A DNA stretch of 64,000 nt from the NCBI GenBank assembly GCA_964270895.1, contig OZ185435.1; one strand, written 5' to 3'. Below are positions 13,761 through 26,483 of this stretch, one piece after another. This DNA is from Podarcis filfolensis (lineage: Eukaryota). Every line of letters begins with the position of its first letter. Position 1 is the stretch's first letter. The notes beneath the pieces were generated by a model. The model saw only the letters and a program-made list of their open reading frames with translations. It made no database searches and had not been told where the DNA came from. The translations under genes and the position numbers were made by a program.

Positions 13761-15459
13761 CATGAAATGGGACTTTCTCACCCCCTTTCCTTTTGCAACT
13801 CTCCCTGCTTGAGAGGGGTTGGAATAGATTGTGTAGGAGCTGCTGATGGAAGAGGGAACTGGTGGTTGTTCCTTATGTGAATGGCATTGAAATGTAGGTT
13901 CCAAGCCTAAGACAACTCAGCATTTGGTTCCTTATTCACTTTTCCAGCAGGAGCCTGAAGCACAGGTGGTCCTTCATAACTTTTGGGGTTCTTTACCATT
14001 CCTTCTGGGAATTGGCGGTGGAGGGGGAATTGGTGAACCCAGTAACCGATAGGGCTTTCATTGCCACTGGAGGTAGTAACAGATTTATTTGTTTAGGTGT
14101 CAGTTGCCAGCTTTTCCAGCAGAAAGACATAATCTCACATTGTGATCTCCTGGAGAAAGAGATAGAAAAAGAACCAGTGGTAAGGTTGGTGGCCTTTGCA
14201 TAAGAACAGTGGAGTCATTCAAAGATACTTTCTCCCAGCAAAAGAGAATCTGCCAGGCTAAGTTTGTCCACCTAGTGTCTCTTTTAGCAGTCTTTTTTCC
14301 ACAAGCAGTCAGAGGGGTGAATCCCCAAAACCCATTTAGTTCAACTTCAATTTCATGACAATACTAATCACATTGCCAACAGTGCACTGCAGTTCTTTTT
14401 AAAAAGATTTTATTGATTTCCAATATATAGCAGCAATAAAATAAAATGAGAAAAAATGCAAAATCAAAACCCCAATTTATGCCCCCTCCCCCATTCCAGG
14501 ACTGATCAGTCTATTTAAGTTTGCCAAAGTTCAGTCTGTGATTTCGGTGGTTGCCATTGTTCAGGGTTATCAGTAAAGTATTTCATAAAAGGATGTTATA
14601 TTTCAACAAAATCATCTACATCGTTTGTATAATTGAAGATCTTGATGTGTGTGTGTGTTGTCAAACCTGCAGGCACTGAGGCATGTACAACGATGGTCAT
14701 TCAGTGCAAAGGTCTTAGAAGGAACTGAAGAGCTTGATGTCTTTTGGAAAGTGGCAAAACATCTTTATATTAGCATTAGAAAAAAAAAAGCCACAGGATT
14801 CTAGTGACTACCAGTTACGCAAGCTCTTCACTCACCTAACAAGTTCTCCGTCCGCGGCATCCACAAATGACAGGGAAGAAGACAAATCTCCTGTGAAGAG
14901 TACATGAGGAGTCAGCCTAGTCCCAGGGCCATGAAAAATGATGTAAGAGAAGATGAAACATTCAGAGGGCTTGTGTTCCAAAGGCCTGTTCGGGGAGCAA
15001 AAAATGTAAACAAATCTACTTCAGGTTCTTCTTCCCTGACTACATAAAGATTGCACAGTCTGAGGGGGCCCTCTGCCTGCCACATCAATAACGCTCTCCA
15101 ATAAATGCTTTGTTACCTCAGGCAGGATCTATGGAAGCCCCACACTGTGCAAGGCACTAGTTGTGTCGGTTAGCCCAAATGGATATGACTACAAGCACAG
15201 CCCTGAAGGAGGTGGCAGACCTTAAAGTCAGGTCCGCAAACAAGTGGGAGCTTTATGTTGTTCAGTGAGGGCAAAAACATTTATACACAAATTGATTTTG
15301 ATATAGGTCACCATTGTGTTCTTATGGACTTCCTGTTTATTTCATTTAGCACAAGGGGTGTCATTTTTATTTTTTTTACCTCAGGCACTAGAAATGGACA
15401 GCCTTGCCCACAAGTGGCAAAGGTGCCATCACTTTTTCGGCTTGGAAGGCAACTGTCTG

Positions 15460-16105
15460 AATGCTGCTGCTGCTTCTTTGGCGATCACTCATAGCCAAGT
15501 AAGATTGTCTTCCATAAACACGGTTTTAACCATGAGCCCGTAAGTGACTGTGGAGGCCAATTCTGGATCCACACGTCCTTCCACAGTGGACATTGGTTTC
15601 TGGGCGGGAGTTAATCACGGTGTGGATTTGCCAAGCGTGCCTTCCTCTTAGCATGGTAAAGGCTGTTCTCCAACTGGAGCACTTGCAGGCCAGTGTTTCC
15701 CAGTTGTCTGTGTTTATACTACTTTTTAAAAGATTTGCCTTGAGACAGTCTTTAAACCTCTTTTGTTGACCACCAGCATTATGCTTTCCATTTTTAAGTT
15801 CGGAATAGAGTAGTTGCTTTGGAAGACAATCATCAGGCATCTGCATAACATGACCAGTCCAACAAAGTTGATGTTGAAGAATCATTGTTTCAACACTGAT
15901 GATCTTTGCTTCTTCCAGTACACTGATATTAGTTCGCCTGTCTTCCCAAGTGATGTATAAAAATTTTTGGAGGCACCGTTGATGGAATCTTTCAAGGAGT
16001 TGGAGATGGCGTTTATAAGTGGTCCATGTTTCACAAGCATATAGTAAGGTTGGTAGTACAATAGCTTTGTAAGCAAACATTTTGGTTTCCCTGTGAAATG
16101 CACAT
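15460..16105 (-). mobile_element. RTE-clade LINE 3' fragment with internal deletion
   Basis: LLYACETW, QLxWTGHV, LPKQLLYSEL, GGQQKRFKD motifs and the C-terminal CxxC...HxxxH knuckle (CGRTCGSRIGLHSHLRAH). Short (GCA)n tail near 15465. Confidence 0.88.
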
Positions 16106-16274
16106 GTATTCTGGAAATAGAGATATAGGGTTATTTCCTTTGCTCGTCCCTCCATACCATCTTCTATCTAAGAGTGGCTGTGGCTTTTAGAGTCCCTCAC
16201 AGAGCAACCATGGGCAAAGTCACTTAAGAATGAATAGGCCAGGGTGGGGGAGATGAGGAATGGAGTTGGCACCT

Positions 16275-16445
16275 CCTAGGCCTAGCTCAGCAGTAAAGCA
16301 GCCACAATTTGCATGCCAAGGGTCCTGGATTCCTCAGGATGGAAGAATCAGATAGCAGGTGATGAGGGTCTGCCAGGCAGGCAACACTGCCAGGCAGGCA
16401 ACACTGGATTAGATGGGTCAACAGGGAGGTAGCTGCCTTATGCTA
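16275..16445 (+). mobile_element. Degenerate tRNA-derived SINE
   Basis: A-box-like tagctcagcagtaaagc, tail ctggattagatgg...gcagcttcctatg-like, internal 17-bp tandem duplication ctgccaggcaggcaaca x2. Confidence 0.55.
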
Positions 16446-16703
16446 GGTCAGACTGTGTTCACTGATACTTGCTACAGGGGAGAGACTGCTGGAACAGTCA
16501 AGGGGTAAAGCTTTTCACCTGCCGGGGACCCTTAGAAGAAATTGCTTTTTTCCTTTGCTCTCACTGACACCCTATTGCCTTTTTTTTTGGCAGGAATATG
16601 AATGCATTTGATTTTTAATACTTTCTGAAATGTTAATATTTTGTTGCCTTGGATTTTGATAAGCTGCGCTGTTCATGTTTAAATTTTGTATTTGTATAAC
16701 TTC

Positions 16704-16727
16704 AAGAAGAAGAAGAAGAAGAAGAAG

Positions 16728-16757
<30 letters not shown>
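16704..16757. repeat. (AAG)18 microsatellite
   Basis: Perfect run read directly. Confidence 0.95.
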
Positions 16758-16758
<1 letters not shown>

Positions 16759-18196
16759 CCATCTTCTAGGAGGGATGTATGGCATATCTTGGAAGGTAAG
16801 GTGGGGACCAAAAGCAGTTAGTTTCTGATGTGGTTTCACTATGTCTTCTCAGACAGAATGTACAGGAAGTTCTTCCAAAGCCATAATTAATAACAAAGCA
16901 CTCATGCTGAAGGTGGTTGAGCAAGGTGACATTTGGAAGCTATCCCCCCCACACACACATTGTGTTGGACTGCTTCAAACTTGTGAGTGCTGGGAAGGCA
17001 TTATTGCAGATGATGTAACTGCTCAAATTTCCTGATGCTGGCAGTGAAGATTCGGGGTTGCGAACATGCAGGGGTTGAGGCGACACTTGCAAAAACAGGC
17101 AGGAGGTAGAGGAACTTAACTTCTCCTAGGTCTGCTGTTATGAAAATGCACTTCCCATGACTGTATACACACACACACACACACACACACACGGGTTACT
17201 TCATACTTTGAGTCAGGAGTGTGTGTGGCTAATGAGAAACAGCCTGTGAGAATCTACGGGGAAGAGCTGGCGCCTGGGAGAAGACTGTGTGATGAAAGCA
17301 ATGGCGCCACCTTCCTATCACTTTAAGAAATGTCTTCTCATTTTAAGAAATTCCCTATCCATACAGTGTCTAGCTGGGAGAGACTGCCTTGGGTTTGCGG
17401 TTTCCTAAAACTATTTCCCTGAGCTACCAAGGTGTTATGTATTGTTATTCTGCTACATGCTGGAACTGGTGAACCCAAAGATCCTCTCTTACCGATTGCA
17501 TCCCTCTCCCATAGCCCCCTTCTGGAAAACAGCATAAAAGTAAGGTGGCTTGAGTATGTCTTTGTCTCTGTTCACCCTGAATATGGCTTATTCCTTGTCA
17601 GGGCCTCCAAAGGAGTCCAGTGCATCTCTGCTGTAAAGGATGCAGAGTTTTATGTAAATGTTAAACTGACTTAGAAACTGTGTAAAAGTTAGCTAGAAAA
17701 CAAATTGCCATTTCTTTTCTTTTTCTGCAGCCTCCTCTTCCTCTTCCTCTTTTATCTTGTATCATTTAATAAGCAACTGGAATTATAGGCCAGGAATTGA
17801 AGAAGTACAGTATTGTGCTACCTCACAGGTTTGGCCTTACTCAGGTGCCAAGCTATTGTGGGTTATATGCTACTCATGTGTATGGAGGGATAACCAGGAG
17901 TAGCAGGGTGGGGTCTGGGCTGGTGGCAACCAGTGGACCCGATAGGCATTACTTCCCTAGTCTCAGGAAACCCCATAGCTCTGAAACCCCACCGCCTTCA
18001 AAGTCAGGGGAACCTAGGAGGTGCTGGCAGTCAATCACACACAAGGAGCTTCCCAACCTGTCCTACTTCACAAGGTAGGCGGGGACATGTGCCTTTTCAT
18101 ACGGGGTCAGCACCCTCCCACTTGACAATACTCCTTTGCAAGTGTCCCCCATGCCCAGTTCAAGGAAAATGCTGGGTTGGCAACTCTGTGTTTCCC

Positions 18197-18445
18197 CAGT
18201 GGTGTCCAAACTTTTTTCAAAGAGGGCCAGATTTGATGAAGTGAAGGGCCGTGAGGGCCTACCAAAGGGCTGACCAAAGTTGTTAACTTTTTTTAGGACT
18301 GAAGTTGTTGAGCTTTTTTTAGGGTTGAAGTTGTTGAGGGTTTTTTTATTATTATTTTACGCCAGGAAATAAACTGCCACAGGAGCTGGATTAAACTGAC
18401 TGGCGGGCCGGATTAGGCCCCCGAAATGGACCTTGGACACGCCTG
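18197..18445. mobile_element. hAT-like MITE
   Basis: Imperfect TIRs CAGTGGTGTCCAA / TTGGACACGCCTG. Internal ~27-bp subrepeat (ttttttagg..gaagttgttgag). 8-bp TSD not evident. Confidence 0.65.
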
Positions 18446-19485
18446 CTTTATAATGTACTGTACAGCTCTGCTCACAGCACATGTAAAGATGGTGGATTTT
18501 CTTCTAGTGTTGAGACACTGGTAAAGCCTTGCACTCTCCTCAGGTCTCAGAGAGAGAGGCAGAATTGGTATGTCTGCTTAATATATACTCTCTTGTCCCA
18601 CTATACACAACCCTCTCTGTGCTGTTGCCTTCACACAATCCTGTGCCTCAGTTTGCCTGTTTCTCTCTCTCCCATTCTATGCCAGTCCAGCACTCTTTTC
18701 CTAGTACTGCCCTGGCTGTGGGTATTTCTAGGCACAGGTCTTAAAGTGAGCGCTTTTTATTTTTGGCCCAGTCCTTTACCGCTGAATCGGAGCAAACCAC
18801 AATATGTGGGAAACCTGAATTGTTGCTCTTTGTTCCAGTTCAGCATTAAAGAGCGGGTTTTTGCAGGGAAAGCTCTGGGCAAAAAGAAATGACTCTGGCA
18901 TAGCACTTTAAAGCACAGACCTGTGCCTAGCAAGTGCAGGGCAAGAGGTAAGTGTAGATGAGCACCATGTTTGTTCAGAGCCAGAATACCATTTCTTGGA
19001 CAAGAACTGTTGCATGCATCCCTTTACTAAGTTTAGTAAGTGATGATGCCTCAGGAATGCTTGTTGTTCTGACCTGCCCACAGCTGATGTGATACACAGA
19101 CATTTTTGGTGATCCTGGGAAGGTGTCAAGGGACAAAAGGTCTACTTGTGAGCAAGGAATCCTGCAAAGTGCCCCAGCCGTCTCCCAGTTTTCACCAATT
19201 CCACACTCACCCCATGAATCGCTTCAAGAAATTGCAAAAACAAATCACAGCACCTTCTAGAAAGTGTTTACGAAAGAAAGAAAGAATCTTGTATGACTTC
19301 TGTGCTGCATTGTATAATCAAAACTTTCTGGCTGGAATGATCATCCAGGTGTTATCCTTTGAAACAAAAGATGAATGGCTTGTCTTGCTAATCCTTAGCT
19401 ATAGTTCTTTTTCAAGGAACCTACAAAGGAAGTTTACTTACAGCCCTGATCCTGCCCCCCTTCCATTGTTGCTGTGTACTTCTGA

Positions 19486-19524
<39 letters not shown>

Positions 19525-20644
19525 GCTGGCATTAACATCATTACTCATGATACACATATGGATACTCCTCTCAAGTGTTCTGTAAGAAGGGGATGCAGAG
19601 GGTTTGTCTATTACTAAGAGCCGGCAGCCAAAAAGTAAATAAATGTGGAAATGTGAAATTTAGCCTAGTCAGTCCCACTGGTTCTTGACCCTACCTCCTT
19701 CCTCTGGACTGACCATCAAGGTTTTGCAGGGACCACAGGAACCGTGACAGGCCAAATTCCTATCAGAATGTTCCATTTTGTGCCTCCTATTGTTTTCCAA
19801 GTCAAATGCAATGTTTCCAATTTCTGCACTGTTTCATGTTTTTTTAAGCTGCTTTTATTATATTTTGCACAGGGCCTTGGAACACATATATCTGGATCAG
19901 GGAGTAATAAAATAACCCCAAATTTAATAACAAATTAGCAACTAATAAACAACAACATAGGATGTAGTCCAACACAGAGCTATTCACATATTAATCCACC
20001 AGACTTAAATGTGCCTAACTCTTTGTTGGATTGTGAGTGCCTGCTGAGTATTTATTATTCTAAACAATTATCTAGAGTTTATGGGATAGGTGTACATGCC
20101 ATATGTGCAGTATTCTTTATTTAAAATAGGATGACTATATTTGGCACATGTCATTATCATTGCTAACATCACTGTAGCTTTTGTGAGGTATGAAACAGAA
20201 GTATAAATGATCACAACAAATTCTGTTATGATAGTTTCATGTTTTGCAGTTTAGTCTTGAATTTCTCCCTGAAAAGATGTTCGGGCAAGACCTCCTTTGA
20301 AGCCTTGAAAACCCTCTGCCTTAAACCCAAAGGTGTGGAGGCAGGGTGCAATTTCTTTGTGATCAAGGAAAGGCACTCTGCATATGCTTAGGGACTGTTT
20401 GTTTCATTATGTCTTCACATATTCCTGAATTTACTGATGCTGAGCCCTGGCAACAACATAAACCACAGAAGAAGCAGCTGGGGAGAAGATCATTCAGCAT
20501 CAGAAAGTACAAAACTTATGCAGGGGTTACATTTTAGAGATGGCACCTAAAGCCAAAATTGTGTATGATCAAAACACATTAGGGTCAATGGCGGGTGGGA
20601 TTGCCAAAGTCTTTTTTCCCCACACGCTCACTTCCTTCTGCCCC

Positions 20645-20675
20645 CTATCTATCATCTATCTATCATCTATCTATC

Positions 20676-20719
<44 letters not shown>
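20645..20719. repeat. Compound (TCTA)n/TCA tetranucleotide microsatellite
   Basis: Read directly; TCA interruptions in the left part. Confidence 0.95.
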
Positions 20720-20720
<1 letters not shown>

Positions 20721-22349
20721 GCCAAGTATATAAAGCTGAATGCACACAAATTAAACGTGCGTAAGTTGCGGGCTTACTGTACTATAATATATAGTAGATA
20801 AACTGTATCAAAGTCCTATATATAGGCTGTAAAATATATAGACTGTAATGAGAAACAAAAGCAGTCTCTGCTGACCTTGGACTGGGATTTTCCTTCATTG
20901 TGCAAATATTTATTACATGCAAATGAAAAATTGACATTGGTTGCGCCCCTCTGCTTCCTGCTTCTAATATATTTCTGTAATTGCCTTCAATACTGGAAAA
21001 AGTGGTTTGTTCCCCTTCTGTTTACACAGGAGTGCCAACAGCAGCAACAGGAACAGAGGAGAGGTGGGCCCGTTTCCCCTGCTAATCAATAACCTGAAAG
21101 CAACAATCAGCTTCTGCTGCAAAGACACTCCTCACTGCAGAGCAAAAGGCAAGGACTAGAGAGGGAAGTGTGTAGCAATATTCCAACGAAATCACAAATC
21201 AAAGCCTGCATCTTGCTGCTTCTCGGGTTCCGAAATGCTAACCTTCTGACAAATGGAGCAAGCAGTCAGACATGAAAGACTCTCAGATCACTGGAGCAAT
21301 AAGTAAAACAAAAATATGCACGTCAATGGGATGAGAAAAATGCAACAGCAACTGCAGCAGCTACAGTACATCTTTTCTCAGACCTATCAAGCTAGAACAT
21401 TTCTCCCTGGAGAAAGTCTGCAACCCGGCAGGGGGAGACCAGTTTGTATAATTGTTTAGCCTATTTGCCTCATGTAGCACACCCTAATACAAAAGGTGTT
21501 AGGTTTTATGAGCTAGTTCTGTCTGGTTCAGAAACCTGTGTATGGCGGGATGCAGGTGGATTCTGTATGCTGCAGCTAGCTGATGCATGGAAAGAAATGT
21601 GCAGACCCACCCCTTCCATTGCAATGAATGGGGAAGCTGTTATACTGTATCGAAAAGCCTGTGTGTTATTAAGATCTTACAACTGCTATTGACTATACAG
21701 TACTGGATAGTAGGCATTACTGTTTTGGTGCAAACCAATCTGTATTCTGTTCCAGCTATTCATATTTTAGTATCAGCTAACTAGGGTCTTTGTGAATATG
21801 CCATATTTGCCTAATGAGATTGGAATATACTCTCACTTGCTCTGCTCTCCTGCTCCCTGAATATGAATGTGCACGTGACTATGACTAGTTGCATGCGGAC
21901 ACACACAGCCTCTCATGCTGTCCTTGCATTTTGCCAACACGGAATTTGGACATCCTTGTCTTCGCAGAGCTATTATCTGTAACCTGTCCTTCCCCTCTCA
22001 TCATGCAACTGTGTATGCTGGTCGCGTATCCATTTCTTCATTCTGCTGACTCGCCTCTGCCTGCGGCGCTGCTGCCTGTCTGTTATATATTTGATTTCCT
22101 TCCATTTGTACAAGCACGGCTGCCTCTTACTTAAGGTGCGTAAAAGGGGGAGAAAGTATGTTAAAAATACAAAGGGATAACACCAGCATGAATAATACCT
22201 TCTGCCACCCATTTTATATAAAGTCGTGGTAAATGGTGAAATTTTACTATAGGAACAGATTGTGCAAGAGGGATTCACACCAAATTGAATAGTCCTCAGT
22301 GGCTTCTGGTGTTGCTGATGTGGCACCTGGTCTCACTTCTACCACCACT

Positions 22350-22635
22350 ACTAATTTTATTATTTATACCCCACCCATCTGGCTGCGTTTCCCCAGCCAC
22401 TCTGGGAGGCTCACAGCACATTAAAAATGGTAAAACATTAGACATAAAAAATTTCCCGATACAGGGTTGCCTTCAGATGTCTTCTAAAAGTCAGATAGTT
22501 GTTTATTTCCTTGACATCTGATGGGAGGGGGTTCCACAGGGAGGGAGCCACTACCGAGAAGGCCCTCTGCCTGCTTCCCTGTAACCTCACTTCTCGCAGG
22601 GAGGGAACCACCAGAGGGTCCTCAGAGCTGGACCT
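22350..22635 (-). mobile_element. L2-type LINE 3' fragment
   Basis: tatttataccccacccatctggctg...cagccactctggg...gccttcagatgtcttctaaa resembles lacertid L2 3' UTR (antisense). The same motif recurs at 35740. Confidence 0.7.
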
Positions 22636-24763
22636 GTGTGTTCATTATTTAAGCCCCATACTTGTCAATGGCTGTGTTCTGACCTATAGCCGGCTGTTGC
22701 CTAGGCTTGAATTATACATTGCACATACATTGGGAAAGGGATGGTGCTCACTGGTAGATTCCATGCAAATGATCCTAAGTCCTAATGGGAAAATTCTCTC
22801 AAAGAGCACAAGTCAGTGTGCAGACAACACTAAGGCAGATAGATCAATGCTCAGATCAATGGTAAGGCAGATGGCTATGTTCTTTCTCCAAGGCTGCCTG
22901 CTATGCTGCTCCATGAAATGGTGAAAACAAACAGAAGGGGGAGGAGCCAACAATTGGCTATGCATATGTCCGCAGAGCATGACCCTGACTAATTCCAGAC
23001 CCTTGGAAAAGAGACAGTAGCAGCTGGTGGTATGGGGGGGGTCTGTGTTGCCAAGCTGGCTTTCTAACATCAGGCATTGTTGCTGGTTACTGGAATAGGA
23101 AGGGGGCAAGGCAGCAGGGAGCTAAGCATGGTGTGGGGGCACAGCAGCAGCCTGCATCATGCTGAGCTCCTAAACCGTGCCCCCTTGCCAGACCACCGCT
23201 GGAATAGACCATTTTCTGGCAGTTGCTAAGTGCCTGTGAAAGCTTCCATGGAGGCAAACAAATGAACTACCCATGAATCAAAGGTACTTTTAAACTGAAG
23301 CAAAAGGACCTTAGGAAAGCCATAGTTATAAAGAAGAGGGCGGGGCTAGGCTCAGGATGCGGAACCGCTGACTTCTCCAAAGTACAGCCAAATAGTTTGG
23401 GCTATACTAACAATAGTGGAGCAGCTGCAATTTTTGTATTTCTCTTTAAGTGCCCTATTGAAGCTAGTTTGGTGGAAGGACACAATTCCACTATGGGGAA
23501 AAAGGCGAATTCTGTTGCCCATTAGAGTACTCCAGCCCCCGGCCCCTGTGGAATGAAAGTATTTATCAAGTGAACAATACAAATTATTTGTAGGCTTACT
23601 AAACTGCTGAATGGCAATGCTATCTTGGGGCAGTTGGGAAAAAAATATTTACTTTTGCACTGTGACACTGACCTAGATATTGTAAAATTTAAAAAGAATG
23701 GTTCGGCTTGTTTCAAAAGCTATATTAAATGAAATCCTACCATCTTTAAATTGGTCAACAAAGCCCAGCTTTCTCCTGCTGTGGATGGCATTATGAGGCA
23801 GAAACATGCAACCTGTAGTATACAGTGTCTGATGGTTAGAGGTATTTTTATTGAAAGTTGACAGAGATACAGGATCTATGCAAATTTTCCATAAGTTGTC
23901 TACATTCTCAGTGTTTCCATGAGGTTCCAAAGAGGACCATTACTTTTTCCCTCCCCTCTGGGATTTACCCTGGAAGGCTCCAGGATTCGTCAGGAGAGGC
24001 TAGTGTAACCTGTCTAGAACCCAAATTTCCTGATTTATAAACATTTTTGCAAGCTATTATGGGCTTCAATCAAATAAATATGAAAACAGGTAAAAATGTA
24101 GATGGCAAAGGTGTGTGTGTGTGTTGGGGGACACAGAGTGGGGAGCGGAGAGGGAAAGAACTTGGAAGCAGTCTGAATGCAACTGATATGTTCTGCAAAG
24201 GCCATGCCTAACTCTTAGCAGCAAGCTTTTTTTTTTTTTAAATTATTCCATTCCCTCTCTTGAGCTTCTGAAACTGTGTACAGACTTAGGGGTATATCCC
24301 GAAAGAGGTCTGCATTTCACCATGCCTAACAGGGCAATCTGCCCCATCCTCTCAGTTCAGCACTCTCAGGTCGGTTATGTTGCCTTCATCTTGGGATCAC
24401 TGGTGTACTCCTTCCGTTTCTCCTCCACCGCAGTCTGCCGTCCCTCCGATTAAGCTGTGTCGTTTCCATCTCACCATCAAATCCTATTTCTTTATCATGA
24501 AAATAAATACTTTGTGTACAAAATGTAAAAGTAAAACTCTCTGCTACGTAAGTTCACATACCAGTCAGGCTATTTGGGGGGCGGGGGGGGGGGAGAGAGG
24601 AGTGTCAAGGGGAGTCCTGATTGTTTCTTCGATCTGTTTGGGGTGGCATTTGCCATTCGGAGGGAGTTGCATGGGTGTCGTCTTATTTGTTTGCGTCCCT
24701 TCTGTTAGAAACTCAATGGCGGCTTCTGGCACGGGAATTTGGGCAGCAACTACTGGCCACGGT

Positions 24764-24976
<213 letters not shown>

Positions 24977-26185
24977 CTACAGCAAGAGCCACAGCCTGCC
25001 CAGTGATTTCTGGTGCTTCAAAGAATGTGAGTGGAAACATCTAGTATTTGTTCCTACTGCATCATATGCATTTATTTCCTCTGCCTGGGACTCCTAACTA
25101 TCTCCTTTACCTTTAAAGGATTGGGACAGTACTACTGATATACTTCTTCCAGCAGGGTGAACAATAGCACTGCAAATGTGATGATGGGAGCAGGTGAGTC
25201 AGCAGCGGGGTGGGGTGGGGGTGGATATGACAGGTAGGTGCTAATTGGCTTTTCCTTGCGAGCACAGAGCAGTATAGCATTATGTGTATAGCTGCTTCCT
25301 CTAGGAAACTATGTCCGTTGGTCGCAAAATTTGAGATGCAAATAATGGGGAGGGGAAGATGGAGTGGAGATGACTGGGGCATTAACCGTTGACATGGGCT
25401 GTGTGTCATGCACTGGAGGAAACAATTTGTGCATAGTTAAGACATTTCATTTCTTTAACAGCTAACGGCAAAAATCTATGGCCTTCTAAGTTAAGACTTC
25501 ACCAGGTTCAGCACTGTTATGTGCTTCCTTTGTGACTGCAGCCAGGTTAATTTCCAATGCTCCTTCTGAGCAAAGCACATTATGGAAAGGGCAATATACA
25601 GTTCAGAGTAGGGGTGGTAACCCTGTCATGCACTCCTATTTCAACTGGATCATGGGTATTTATGGGAGTTGTCAGTAGTCAATTGTATATGTGTGTGTGC
25701 GTCCCATCCCTCCTAGTGAAATCTGGCAGAGGATTCCACTGCAGCAAGAAGCTGTAAGTATATTAATATTAATAGGGTTAGGCTAATGGAGGTCTTATGC
25801 AGATCCCACGCAGTTTAACCTATAGCCACTGCAGCTAGACTTCAGGTTTCATTACTACAGAATAGATCCTGCACGTCACTAGTACCAGTTACATTGCAAA
25901 AATAAAGCAGCATGCTCTGGAGCAGCCCTGCTGGTGCCTCTGTATTCTGGAATAGGTGATTGAGAGAAGGTGGCCTCTACAGAGAGAATCCAAAAGCAGT
26001 GTCACTAAGCAATTCTTTCAGGTGTGCAGAAGCTGTAGACATATGGCTCAAGCTTGACGTGACTATAGTTACATTCTATATGCTAAAGTTATTCTGCTAT
26101 AGTACTTTCATGGGTTATTAGAGTACCCTTCATCAGGTGCATTTCTTTGATTTGTCACTGGGTCTATATACACATGGTTGTAGAG

Positions 26186-26483
26186 CAGTGTCTCTCAAAC
26201 TTTTTTCTCTGGGCCACACTTACAGAATAAAAAATTGCTTGTGCTACACTGATTTTTCTTTTTTTTTACTGATAAGAAATAGATTGGAAAACACAACCAG
26301 GATTGTTCTCAGTATCACTTGATGCTCCTGCTCTCATTTTGAAACGATACCTATCCATTTCCTGCAAATATTTTTAAAAATGTTTTGACACTATACTACC
26401 CTGAAATATTGAAATGTTTCTTTGTCCTTGAATCTTCCCACCACACTTGCCCCCCTCTCCTGCCACACCTTTGAGAACCACTG
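26186..26483. mobile_element. hAT-like MITE
   Basis: TIRs CAGTGTCTCTCAAA / TTTGAGAACCACTG, with ggccacac subterminal motifs at both ends. No clear TSD. Confidence 0.65.

Noticed and set aside
14820-15390. Cluster of minus-strand donor-like sites (TAG|GTGAGT ~14832; GAG|GTAA ~15116 and ~15378)
   Set aside because: No convincing matching acceptors or reading frame; such motifs occur by chance without transcript evidence.
16572-16811. Poly-Leu, TM-like ORFs (also 36745-36936, 42651-42848)
   Set aside because: Translations of AAG/AAT microsatellites or T-rich DNA.
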